Part shown: one piece after another, positions 14,201-26,630 of the stretch | Numbering within the stretch: position 1 is the first letter of the stretch | Layout of the letters: the number at the start of each line of letters is the position of its first letter | Assembly (NCBI GenBank): GCA_903813345.2 | Contig: CAIIXF020000001.1 | Location: forward strand, 37,324,001-37,388,000 | DNA length: 64,000 nt | DNA from: Owenia fusiformis | Lineage: Eukaryota | Direction: 5' to 3' | Translations under genes and position numbers: made by a program | The notes under the pieces: generated by a model | What the model saw: only the letters and a program-made list of their open reading frames with translations | What the model was told of the DNA's origin: nothing | Database searches by the model: none

Positions 14201-17200
14201 ACTACTATAGTAATCAGATTTCAGCATCTAAACAAGGCGAATTATAAAAACAAATATCTAGTTGTCCAATGGTGTCTGAGGTCTAATAATGTACAATTGT
14301 AAAAATGCGTTCAAAGTTACATTGAAGTAGAGATTTTCATTGAAATAAGATAAGCTGTGAAACAGGGAAGGGGATGCACACTATAGTCTTGTTTCAAAAC
14401 TGCCCCCTATCTTCTTCACCAACACAAAATAACACAGGTGACCATTGGAAGTGGGAATAGTTTAACTCAATCAAGATTCAATGTTGTTATTATAATGCTT
14501 TCTCCAAGTAAATCTGTGCATATGGAGGAATACATGTACGTTATTGCCTATTATACATACCTCATATGTATTCTCGTTGCTCATTGGCTTATTCATGGTC
14601 ACATGATATCAAATAGATGAACTTATTCCATGAAAAGTTCTAAATCCCTGCTTACGGGGAAGATAAAATGTACTGATCACCAGTTAGGTCATGTAACCAG
14701 TCATTAGTACATTTTACCTTCCCTGCTAGCTGGGATTATAGGAGTTGAATGGCAAAATGCCTTTAAATGCTAATTAGAACCTGTCGGTAATTAAATTAAA
14801 AGGCTTATCATTTTGTTTTTGCTTACATAATGGGTATATGGTAAAACAAATAGTGACAACCTCTTATTCTACGCTTTGTAAAATACTTTAAAACTGATTA
14901 AATACTTTTCATAGATAACTCTTTTTTTCGCTGTGATCTTTATTTCTAACATCCATGTTTACAATATGCTATTTTGTTACTGTTGCCCAATTTATTTACA
15001 ATATATAAATAAAACATGAATTAGCAGTGTAAAAGAACGATCGATGTCAGAGTATCGTAAGAGTTTTATACTGCAATATTTTTTTGTAGCAATTCCCATT
15101 TTGGAAAAGGTCGACGGCGTACCTCTTCATTTTTTCATTCACTTCCTTTTCTCGCCCTTGAAGTCCTATACTACGGTGTAACTTGGGATGATCTTGGGAT
15201 GGTGTATTATTACATATTTAGTAAACATCCGGTAAATCTTAACATGTTCTATAATTGATTTAATTTCCGGGTCAAGTTGTACTCTATTTAGTCTAATTGG
15301 TACATCATATTTCCATGGCCTCGACAATAAATTAATGAATTTTGAGGACTTTGGAAAAAAGCCACTTGCATAATTACCTTCTGGTTCACATGTTTGTGGA
15401 TCTTTGTCCCATCTAACCGAGGTTCCTATTTGTTCACATGTTAAAACAAGTGCTTCAGTTGGCTTAAATCCGTCATCACATTCAACAGTCACTTGATCAC
15501 CGCAATTGTTATTGCCCCTTCGTGGTGATCTTCCTCCATTTTCTGGTGCTACTACATCAGTACATTGTAGTCCTGTATCAGAAAGAGATATATTAAATAC
15601 TTTGTACTAGCTACTAGTCTAAAACTAATACAGTATTAATTGATGGGTGTTTTTCTGGATTATCTTCAGGGTTGTTGATAAGTGTTATTGTATGGTTCTA
15701 CAAGAAAAATACAAACTTTCGCATGTTGGGACTGGATCATCAACTTCACCATTGGGCAGACACTCTACAGTTTTATCAGTTATACCAGCAGCATTTTTCG
15801 ATAGTGTGTAGCAGTCGTTACAGCTAGAAAAGTGAGATATATCAATTAATTTCTAATGGAGTATTTCTGGTACCATTTCGTTTACAGTCGACTGCAGTTT
15901 AATTTTGGAAAATAATAGAGCAGATTTGCTGTTAATTTGTTCTGTAGAATGATATCCCTTTAGATTAAGGTTAGGTATCGATATGGTGAACTGAATTCAA
16001 CAATGGTTTTCTCTTAAACCAATTATTGAAAACTGTGACTGTGACATGTTGACTGACTGACAACAATTTAATGTGGAAATAATTTATGTATATTTTATAT
16101 AAGTGTTCTTGTTTTTCGTTTTTTAGTGTAATTGCTTTTTGCTCCTTTCTACCAATTCTTCAAAATAAAATAAAATGTCTTTCTGAACCTTGTTGGAACA
16201 AAATAGCATATACAAAATTTTCTAAGACCTCTCAATATTATATTTATACAAAGGAAATTTTGGTTGATTTCACAAAAATTGTTCAAAAAATTAAAACAAC
16301 TCCCCCCGAAATAGATAAAAATTAAGATAAACCTTTTTATTTCATTAACAAGATATCAAACTTTCCTTTGTACAATTACACTATTGAGAGACCTAAACAC
16401 GTTGTGTTTATGTCATTTTGTTCCAATGAGGTTCGGATAGCTGTTTCATTTCATTCCGAACATATGATACCAAGAACAAGAAGTATCTGATGTGTTTTCT
16501 CCTAAATATTAGTGAAAAGTATATACATTTTTTCAAATTATATTATTATCATTCAAAATATGACCATTCAATTAACAATGTGTAAAATTTTCAGAATTTT
16601 TTGATTATGGTTTAAGAGAAACGTGTGTTCAAAAAGTTCACCATATCGATACCAATCCTTTTGACTTTTTTAATGGAGATTGTTTCTACTCGCATTTTGT
16701 ATATTGTGCCAAGAATGCCCAATCATGTCTTGCTGATTATGATACTAAATGATGCTAAGCCTAATAAAATATTGCCAAACATAAGTGGGGGTAGCTACGT
16801 TCACACCAACGCCGCTTTGGTGCCGCTTTGCTCGCCGGTTTAAAGCGTGGCATTCGCCGTTGGTGTGAACGTAGCTTTAACAGTTTAATTTTTTAGAGCT
16901 CTTGCCGAATATCCCGCTTTCCTCCGAGCTTTTCTACGACCTATTACAACCCCGACGCTTTAATCAAGCTTTGCTCCGCTTTGGTGCCGCTTTGTGAACG
17001 TAGCTTTAAAGAAGAAAATACAATATGATAACCTTACCTGAATGATACAGTCTCGCCAGGTTTGAATCGTCCTTGTTGATTCGGAGCACTTCCGGAGTCG
17101 ATTCTACCATTCTCCGGAGCAACGGGGTACTCACAATCAAGAGCTGAAAACACGTTCAGAATTCAAAGTATATCATGATAAGACTGCATCGTTATTATAA

Positions 17201-20200
17201 TTGCATGTCTCAATCCTCTTTAACTGCGAAACATGTGAAAACGTCTCAATTTTCTTATACTCTGATGGCTTTGTATAAAAAACCTCCTACCTCATACCCA
17301 CCTACCCACCTACGTGGAACATGATACAGTCATTGAAGGGTTCAATTTTAAAGACTATTATTAAATCTAAAAATAGCTCAAATTATTAACATTTCTACAA
17401 TTCCGGCTTTATTTTATGACTGCATAGATGACAGATCCATAAATTAAGGCATATGGATGCATTTTAATGTGTAATGACCTGAGGGCGCTTCAGGGGAATA
17501 AATAACCAACGACCGACCGCGAGCATAGGTCTAACAAGCCAGATAAAGAAATTGAAATAAACTGTGCTAAATTCGATGCCCCGAGTGGGAATCGAACCCA
17601 GCTAGAATGTAGTAGCAACTTGCTATCAAGGGTCGTTACAAATGCATCTATAATTCATCATAACCTAAGATTTAATAAACTAAGATCTTTAAAATTGAAC
17701 CCTTCAAAGACCGTATCATGTCCCACGTACGTGGGTAGGTGGGTATGATGTAGGAGGTTTTTATACAAAGCCTACTCTGATAACTTAAAAGAAGAGCATC
17801 TTTCTTTATTCCAGGTGTATCGCATACTTACCAATACAACGACCTTCAGTACACTTAAGATTTCCACCTCTACAACAATCCTCATCTTCAACACATGGCC
17901 CACGCTCAGGCACACAGCATATACTTTCTTTGCATAGTAAACTGGTACCCTGTAAACCATCGCAGCATTCCCCCTCTGATCTACAACCTCGTTGCTGGAC
18001 TTCTTTACATTCTATAGAGCTAGGGGTATATGTTGGTTCTGTTGTCACCTCTGTAAAATAAATGTTGTGTTAAAATTTAAATATGTAAAGTACTCATTTG
18101 AGAAAGCATAAAAAGTTACGTCGTTTGGAAGGTATGTGAATCCCATACTCGATGATGCTTTACAGTATTTGTGTTTTAATAGATAACGTCAATACTTTTC
18201 AACTCAGCAGCAGATTCTTTGCAATTTTTATCATAAGTCCTGCATAAGTTGACCCTCGTAGATTGGCTCTTGAATTTCCTCATGTAGCGCTTGGGAACAG
18301 ACCCCCCGCTTTCACATCTCCTGTGTGACCAATTACGACGAGCCGTACAGAAAAAGTAATGACAATTACTATCTTTGTCAGCGGTCACTTGTCCATATCT
18401 ATCATTGGTACACTCTGGAGAGAAAAAAGAATAAAACAATTCCTCTGATTAATTTGGTGTGTTACTGTTTAATTCTCCCACATTATCACGTAGTCCACAT
18501 GGGGATGTTTTTCTCTTAAACCAATTACTGAAGACATTCTGTAAAAAACGCGACCCTTTATGTAATGTTGACTGATCGACAACAATTTAATGGCGGCTGC
18601 GAAATTAATTTACATATTTTATATAATTGTTTTTGTTAACATTTTGGGGGTTTTAGTGCAATTGTTTTTTGTTCCATATTACCAATTCTTCAGAATTAAA
18701 TAAAATATCTTCCCGAAACTTGTTGCAACAAAATTGCAAATACATTTTCCTAGTTCTCTCAATATTATATAGTTATACAAAGGAAAGTTTGGTTGATTTA
18801 AGAAAAATTATTCAAAAATTTAAAACAAAAATCCCCCGGATAGATAAAAATTAAGATAAACATTTTATTTCATCAAGAAGATAGTTTTTTTAAATCAACC
18901 AAACTTTCCTTTGTACAATTACAATATTAGAAGACCTATATACTTTGTGCTTCTGTCATTTTGTTCCAATGAGGTTCGGATAGATGTTTCATTTCATTCC
19001 GAATGTATGATACCAAGACCAAAATAAGTGGCTGATGTGTTTTCTAAAACGATATAGAGAAAGGTATATATATTTATTTCAAATTATATTGTTACCATTC
19101 AGAATATGACTATCTATCAAATTGACGATTTGTGAAATTTTCAGAATTGTTTGATGGCTGGTTTAAGAGAAACATGTGTTCAAAAGTTCACCATATCGAT
19201 ACCATCCTTTTGTAATATACAGGGTGTCCAATAAATAAGGTGAAAGATATTGTAACTTTCTCAATATTGCACCAATCTTGATGAAATTTTCAGAGTTTGT
19301 AGCTCAAACATTTTTACCTTTATTCTGTGAATTTAAAGCGTCTTCTATTTGATTGGCCAGAGTAGTGACCAATACACGGGTTACCATAGCAACCATAATT
19401 TTTTACCAAGCAGAACAAAGTAATTTATTTTTCTGTTTTTTAATGAGTAGATATTTTTCCTATATTTTGTGAAAGTTTCAAGGAAAAACAATAAAAAAGA
19501 GAATGATTTTGCATGAACTTATTGAACGACCTGGTAGCTGCATCTCCCTCCTATCACTGTTTCGTTATATTACCTTTGCCAACATTTTGTATCACAATTA
19601 AAATCAGCAACGATAAACATTTTGTATGATTGCGTCATTTATACGTATTCATTGCAAAACGATTTTTTTCACGCTGGTACTGTATCAGATGCTGGTACAC
19701 TTTTGCCGGAAGGTTGCAAGAAGTAACTTTTGGCAATGCAGTATGTTAGAGTAACCTAGTAGGAGTAAGAAAATATAAGGTGATGGACTTTAAAGTGGTA
19801 AAAACAATTTTCACGGCCGAATTGGACTTCAATTCCTGCGATTTCAGGGGGTACTTTAAGACTATTTCATAACATAAAGGGTATAGTTGCTATCGTGTTC
19901 TGCTTTCTACAGCACACATTACTAGTCCAGAGATGAATAATATCATAAAGTTATAGGCTGATATCTGTATTAGTCTCAGAAATATTGTATTTTACAGGAA
20001 AAAAATATGCAATTTTAGTCATTTTCAAGTCTCACCTATTTTATATTTGTAGCTTCCAGTAAAAATTGTTTTCTTAAAACTAGTTCAAGCTTTTTTTGAT
20101 ATTGTAATACAACTATAATAATGATAATGTACTATTTATGATTTTTAATGTGACTTTATAGTACCATACCCCTGGAAAGTGGTCGATGTTATCATTTTGC

Positions 20201-23200
20201 AGCATACTGTTAAAAACTTGTTTCCATAGAAAGGGAATCAATGCATTTAAAACATCTTCAATTGTTACTTGACAATGTAATTCATTTATTACTAGAATAT
20301 AGGACTCTACATTTTCTATATATACGTTTTCAATTTAGTATACAATGTCTTATAATGAAACCTAATAGGCTGTTTCAATTTACCAACTTTTTTCTCGGAT
20401 CACCCTAACCTTTTGACAAAATGATCTTCTATATGACCAATAGCCACAAAAATAGCAGAATTGATCAACATTTAATCCCCCCCTCTACCCCAATGTTTGT
20501 TTTGTATGGGGTCCGCCACAATGCAACAAGTCCATTTTCAGTGCTTACTATCACATGAAATATAGTACCCCGGACAGGTTGTATGATGCAGTCGTTTTTT
20601 TACTCTATATTTGCAATAGAACAACCATTCTTATTGAAATTTTCATATTTTATTCTGGAGACAATTTCCAACATGGAAAATAAATATTTTGTCAAAATTT
20701 CCAATTTTATGATTTTGACGGGCTTTTTTCAAAAACGCTACACTGTCAATAAAATACAGGTTTTTGCTTAAACAATTGAACTTTTGACGTCATTTCAAAG
20801 ATTGTCTAGCTATTGGACTTTTGACAGCCTAAAGTCTTTCCAGATGTATTTGATGCCATATTAATTATGGCTGATTATTGTTATTCATTTTAGTCATATT
20901 CAATAGGCCTAATATTGTTACAGTGCATTAGGCCAATGAAAAACTTGTCATTCTGGGTCACGTTTTCTCTGAAAACGCACCTTTTTCTCCACTGGGTTTT
21001 TCCGCCACCGTCACTCAGCATGCGAGCCCGTGGCACGTAAATTGTACCATGCTTTTAAAATGTCAGGTCTCCCTGACAATTTCATGATAAAATTTGACAC
21101 AGCTGTATTAACATCTCTGAAGGATCTAATGCTAAGAATACCTCAAATAGGAGATTTGTAATGTTTTACTTTATTTTGGACAGTATTGAACAGTGACCGG
21201 GTTGAACTCATGTCTGTGGACAAGAAGATTGACCTCCTCTATCTGGGCTCAATCTAGGGAACGCTTCACAAAACGAGGCCCAGAGCAACAAATTTTTATT
21301 GGCCTAATGCACTGTAATAATATTGAATATGACTCAAGTGAATAACAATAATTAGCCATTATTATGAATATGGCAACAGATATATCTGGAAAGACTAAAT
21401 TCCATAGCCAGACAATATTTGAAATTACGTTAAAAGTTCAATTGTTCATGCAAAAACCTGTATTTTATTGACAGTGTAGTGTTTTTGAAAAAAGCCCGTC
21501 AAAATCATAAAATTGGAAACGTTGATAAAATATTTATTTTCCATGTTGGAAATTGTCTCTAGAATAAATCTTGAAAATTTCAATAAAAATGGTTGATCTA
21601 TTGCAAATATAGAGTAGAAAAACGACTGCATCATACAACCTGTCCGGGGTACTAAGTCACAATGTTTCCACAATACCTGGGCAATGAGATAGTGCCATTA
21701 AGAATACATATGCGCAGATTCAATTCAAGATCATAGTCTAAATACTTGCCGATCTATTGGCGTTCAAAAATGAGGAAAGCTGTCCCGAGTGCCGTTTCAT
21801 GACTAATTTTGAATTAAAACTGCTACTTATGAATTTTTTCTCAACATCTGTGATTTGGTTAGACTCCAAACACAGGATATCAAGACAAAGTGCTACCAAA
21901 TTCTGGTATTGAAAATTTCAGAGCTCTAGATCAAGTATTCATATCTGCATGAAATCTTAAAAAGACCCAAAAGACACAAAATACAGTCAGATATCGCGAA
22001 AAATGTGATAAAATGCACTATTCAGAACAATTTATCTATCAAATTTTACTTTTATTTGCCATCATTTCTGATTCTGCCTCTAGTTAGTAATACCAATAAT
22101 ACATATGAGTAGACTAAAGGTCATAGTAAGTGTAGTTACAGATTTATTAGCATCTAAAAAGGAAAAGCTGTAGCGAGTGCAATCTTCACCTATAATTCAT
22201 AATATAAAACTGCAGCTTTCAGGATTTTCTTCTCTAAAACAAGAATTCCATGAGACCCCCAAAGACAGGATTCCATATTACTGTACCACCAACTATATAT
22301 GAGAGTAACCATTGACACCTAAAAATATGGAAAATACAGTCAGAAATGTGAAATTGTGACAAAATGTATGTATTCTTAACAATTTTTTAACTAAACTGTA
22401 TTTTATTTAGAACTGAAACTTGTTGTACTTACTAGGAGTTACATCTAGTTATAATCTATTAAGTGACTTCAGCATCCGAATTGGTATAATCACTGATATG
22501 CTTAAGACCAAAAAACCTATAAAGAATGTTATTATTGAATACTGAGAATAAATTGCTTTTACATTACGGAGCTTTATTTCTACCTGAAAGTATTTTGGAA
22601 CATATCTCTTGCTTAAATATTATATGCAATGTTACTTTCCAAAACTTTCCAAGAATAATAAGTCCATCTTATACTTTCACATGTTATTCTCCATTTCGTT
22701 TTCAAAAATTGTGGGAGCTTTAAACTCTATAAGAGCTTAATACCAATTATACCATGCACCCTCTTTGCCCTCCGTCGCTTTTTTCTTAGGATGGCCAGGC
22801 ATATTTCAAATTGAAGAGTAAAGTCAGTTAAAGTGATATATAGCTGTATATAACAAAGTATCTTTCACTTGATACTGTGATGTCAAGCTTAAATGCATTC
22901 AAACAGTGTATTTTGTCCCAAGATACAATAAAGTACTGATTTCATTTATTTATTAATTCAGATGCCTTGGAATTAAAGTAAATACTTGATATATTACCAA
23001 TATTAATTTTTTAACTTATTATTGGTGGTACAATGACCAGGTTTCCTTTAATGTCTTTGGTCTTACGGTGCATTTTGTAAAAAGAAAATCCAGAAAGTTG
23101 CAGTCTTCGATTAAAAACTGGTGAAAATCATACTTGCTACAGCTTTTCCTATTTTCAGAAGCCAATAGATCTGTAACTCCACTTACTATGACCTTAAGTC

Positions 23201-24937
23201 TTCTCATATGTATTATTGGTGGTACTAACTGGAGGCAAAATAAGAAATTATGTCAAATAAAAGTAACATTTAAGAGATAAATTGTTCTGAATAGTGCATC
23301 TTTCATATTTTTCACGATATCTGAGAGATTTTTTGTCCTTTTGGGTCTTTTTAAAAGTACATGCAGAAGTGAATATTTGATCTAGAGCTCTGAAACTTCC
23401 AATATCAGAACTTGGAAGCATTGTTTCTTGGTATCTTGTGTTTGGGGTACAAAAAAGTCACAGATGTTGAAATAAATATTCATTAAGTAGCAATTCCAGT
23501 TCAAAATTAGTTAAAACTGCACTCACGACAGCTTTCTCTATTTTTGAACGCCGATAGATGGGTAAGTATTAGAATTAGGACCTTGAATCTGCTTATATTA
23601 TGTAGTCTTTGTGGTACTTTCTCATTGCCAAGGTAATTTGGAAACACTGTGACTTACATTTCATGTGTTTGTGAACACTGAAAATGAAACAGCCTATTAG
23701 ATTTCATAATGATACATTGTACAAAATTGAAAACGTATACATAAAATATGCAGAGTCATATATTCTAGTAATAAATGAATTACATTGTCAAGTAACAAGT
23801 GAATATGTTTTAAATGCATCGATTTGCTTTTTATCGAAACAAGCTTTTAGTAACAGTATGCTGCAAAATGATAACATTGACCACGCCCACTTTCCAGGGG
23901 TAGGGTACTATAAAGTCACATTAAAAATCATATATAGTACATTATCATTATTATAATTGTATTACAATATCAAACAAAGCTTGACTTAGTTTTTAGAAAA
24001 CAATTTTGAGCTATTTAAGCTGCCATCTTTTGCTGGAAGCTACAAATATAAAATAGGTGAGACTTAAAAATGACTAAAATTGCACATTTTTTCCTTATTA
24101 ATTGCAATATTTCTGAGACTAATACAGATATCGGCCTATAACTTTAGGATATTATTCATCTTTAGACTAGTAATGTGTGATGTAGAAAGCAGAACAATAG
24201 CAACTATACCCTTTATGTTATGAAATAGTCTTATAGTACCCCCTAAAATCGCAGGAATTGAAGTCCAATTCGGCCGTAAAAATTGTTTTTACCACTTTAA
24301 AGCCCATCACCTTATATTTTCTTACACCTACTAGGTTACTCTAACATACTGCATTGCCAAAAGTTACTTCTAGCAACCTTCCGGCAAAAGTGTGCCAGCA
24401 TCTGATACATACCGTTACGTCTTTTAAAATAGATCTCATGCCTTAGAATACCATGGAATTGTATTTGCAATGAGGAAATATCTGAGTTGAAAATAATTTG
24501 TGAGGTTTTCTTAGCATACATTCTTTCGATGCCACCTCTTGATTATTTGTTACGTGTTCGACGTTGCTAAACCTTTTATCCTTTAATTTATATCAATAAT
24601 TGATAGCAATTATTTGTTGTTGTTCAGTTGCAATACCATTTGAATTTATAGTTGTATTATTTGTATGTTTATATGCATATTCCGTCTGTCTTTTGATATT
24701 CACGCAAAAACATGGTTTCATTTTCCTTTCCTGATTTTTTTCAATCCATCTTTTACATTTCTCTTTTACATTGCTCCTTTCTTTGGTTCTCATAGATCAC
24801 GTCACCGTAATAGATTTGGCTTGACAAGTCCTTCCTGCAAACATATGCAGTTACTTACCAATTTTAGGTTCGGCATTAGTAAACGTTATATACAATGCAC
24901 AAAATATGGGTAGTAATAATCCAATACGTGTGGTCAT
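11248..24937 (-). CDS. Paralog B: secreted CBM14-like / knottin x4 / Sushi-CCP x2 / VWA mosaic protein, 10 exons, ~593 aa
   Basis: Exons: 24937-24859 (signal peptide MTTRIGLLLPIFCALYITFTNA-EP), 18414-18196 (CBM14-like), 18050-17832 (two ICK), 17143-17038 + 15823-15717 (split CCP), 15572-15378 (CCP), 13875-13780 (ICK), 13648-13559 (ICK), 12789-12391 and 11519-11248 (VWA, ends GSVKIN-stop). All GT-AG; sum 1782 nt in frame. Confidence 0.9.
12799..13490 (+). mobile_element. HINE/DINE-1/Pearl-like non-autonomous Helentron-type element
   Basis: Starts aaacaag; subterminal inverted repeat atcacaccatcg / cgatggtgtgat; three core repeats containing ttgatatcctctatca; (CACGAN)n microsatellite; 3' palindrome ccatcgatgg followed by an A-run. 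Confidence 0.6.
15967..16661 (+). mobile_element. MITE, ~700 bp, TIR AAGG-T-GGTATCGATATGGTGAACT (full copy)
   Basis: Left ggtatcgatatggtgaact...ttctcttaaacc, right ggtttaagagaa...agttcaccatatcgatacc; body homologous to 18505-19210 and 43423-44158. Confidence 0.8.
16793..17005. mobile_element. Small Harbinger-like palindromic MITE(s)
   Basis: agctacgttcacacc ... ggtgtgaacgtagct (16793-16876), with a second gtgaacgtagct end at 17005 and repeated ccgctttggtgccgctttg. Confidence 0.55.
17267..17772. mobile_element. Mutator(MULE)-like MITE with 9-bp TSD
   Basis: ~90 bp TIRs (ggctttgtataaaaa.cctcctac...); perfect 9-bp direct repeat TACTCTGAT at 17258-17266 and 17773-17781. Confidence 0.85.
18505..19210 (+). 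mobile_element. MITE family copy lacking its left tip
   Basis: Colinear with 15967-16661 and 43423-44158; right TIR agttcaccatatcgataccatccttt. Confidence 0.8.
19676..24413. mobile_element. Large foldback-type element with ~1.3 kb inverted arms
   Basis: 19676-20372 plus 21655-~22260 are the reverse complement of ~23070-24413 (e.g. tgtatcagatgctggtacacttttgccggaaggttgc versus gcaaccttccggcaaaagtgtgccagcatctgataca). Confidence 0.85.
20565..21652. mobile_element. Nested TA-TSD MITE with ~400 bp TIRs
   Basis: TA|GTACCCCGGACAGGTTGTATGATGCAGTCG ... CGACTGCATCATACAACCTGTCCGGGGTAC|TA; the empty site is visible in the opposite arm of the host element at ~23648-23667. Confidence 0.85.
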
Positions 24938-24966
24938 TTTTTCCTGTACTTAGATATGGCTATCGT

Positions 24967-24988
24967 CGTATCCTTATTGTGCTGATAT
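24967..24988 (-). promoter_or_regulatory. 22-nt motif shared by paralogs B and C upstream of ATG (copy in B)
   Basis: CGTATCCTTATTGTGCTGATAT (plus strand) is identical to 10556-10577 and lies 30-51 nt upstream of the start codon. Confidence 0.55.
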
Positions 24989-26458
24989 ACTATGTCCCTG
25001 GACGTGACTCTTATCGATTTATTGACAGGAGAGAACTACATTACTACAAAATTATCAAGAAAACCAATTAAAAATTGAGTATTTTGACGCATTGATGTCG
25101 AGTAATGAGTTTATAGGAAGACATGGACATCTTATGATTGATATTCAATTCATCATATGATCAAGCACAAATAATAGTTCTGCATTTTAAACACAAAACC
25201 ACAAAGCTCTACAAATTATATCACTCATAAATTTTGAATTATGGTGAACTGTTTATCTACATACCTAAAATGTGAACAATCACTAAAACGATGAAATCAT
25301 CATTCGAAAACTGTGTAGAAGATTTAAATAGGGCTGGAACTGCCAAAAATGTAGGTCCCTGGCTGTTGACGTTTATATCGTATAGCGTACGTAGGTTTAT
25401 CAGGCAGCAATATATTTCTGGCTACCAAGCTAGCATCACAAAGAGCCATTTATCAATTCTTCGAGATTATAACGGGGGTTACTTTTACAATCAGGAATGT
25501 TGTAAATATTTTACGCTAAATATAAATTGGACAAGTTATTGTATAAATGTTCATACAATAAATGTAACAATTGAAGAGTAATCAAGTGAAGATAGTAAAT
25601 AGAAGAGTCACATGGGGTAATGGGCGGTATCTCTCGCTAAAGACTATAAGGATCATTTAAAAGCATCCTAATGTAGTACATTTCTCTAATTAGCTTAGCA
25701 TAATCATCCTGCAACATGTTTAAGCATCACAAACATATATGGGGCCATTGATCAATTATTGGAGATTTCAGCAAGGGTCCACGTGGAATCATTTTTACTG
25801 TAGCTCTAAAACAAACGGGTTTATTCATACCAGATGTTGAATGTGACTTTAATAAAGAACACAATGTAGGACAAGCTCACAGTGGAGGTATTTTGCACTG
25901 AGAGAATCCAGTTGTTACTATCTTAATTAGCTACTTGTTCTCGATATGTTCCTGGTTGATGAACATCACATAGTGAACCCATTTATGAATTATAATAGAT
26001 TTAACCATGTAATGCACCATTTTATAATTATCATTTAAAAAACGTTCAAAATACTCCTGGGTGACACAAAACACCACCAACAAATTTTGGAATAACTCTC
26101 TCAATGATTAAAGAATCTTCATGATTTTCTTTATGTATATATACACAGTTGCTCGTATATGGAATATTAGATTTGTCAGATCAGAATTCAAGTTTTGGAC
26201 AACATTTATTTGGAGTCGTTTAAGCAATTTTATTCTCTAGACAAATCATAAACACGTATTTAATCTACAAATCAACATTTTTTTTAGGGAAAAATATTTA
26301 CATTTAAATTCTCTGTCGTTTAAAATGGGGTAGTCTAAAAAAAATTGCATTTTCAAAACACCCCGATCCAAATTTTAATGTAAAGCGGATCAAACAAACT
26401 AAACATAAAAACAACACGTCATGAAGATGAATAAGTCCCCTATCCCATAACAACACTA

Positions 26459-26630
26459 ATATACGGTATTTCTTCCTAGTGCTGCAATCAAAGCATCCAT
26501 CCTGCGGGGCCTGGTGTCAATGAGATGTCTGACCTGTCTACGCGAAATAAGGTCCCACTACTCAATCAGAGGAGTATATAGCTCTGCTAAATTTTGAGAT
26601 GGATTTTGAGGTGATCTGCGTCACGAATTG
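26459..26630 (-). mobile_element. Tc1/mariner transposase C-terminal remnant
   Basis: Minus-strand translation approximately SQNLAELY..LIE*WDLISRRQVRHLIDT.PRRMDALIAALGRNT resembles the Tc1 C-terminal W..I....I..LI.SMP.R..A.I.A.G..T.Y motif; contains a stop. Confidence 0.6.

Noticed and set aside
20583..21673. Two similar ORFs (MMQSFFYSIFA...) on opposite strands
   Set aside because: They are mirror images within the TIRs of a MITE, with no protein motif
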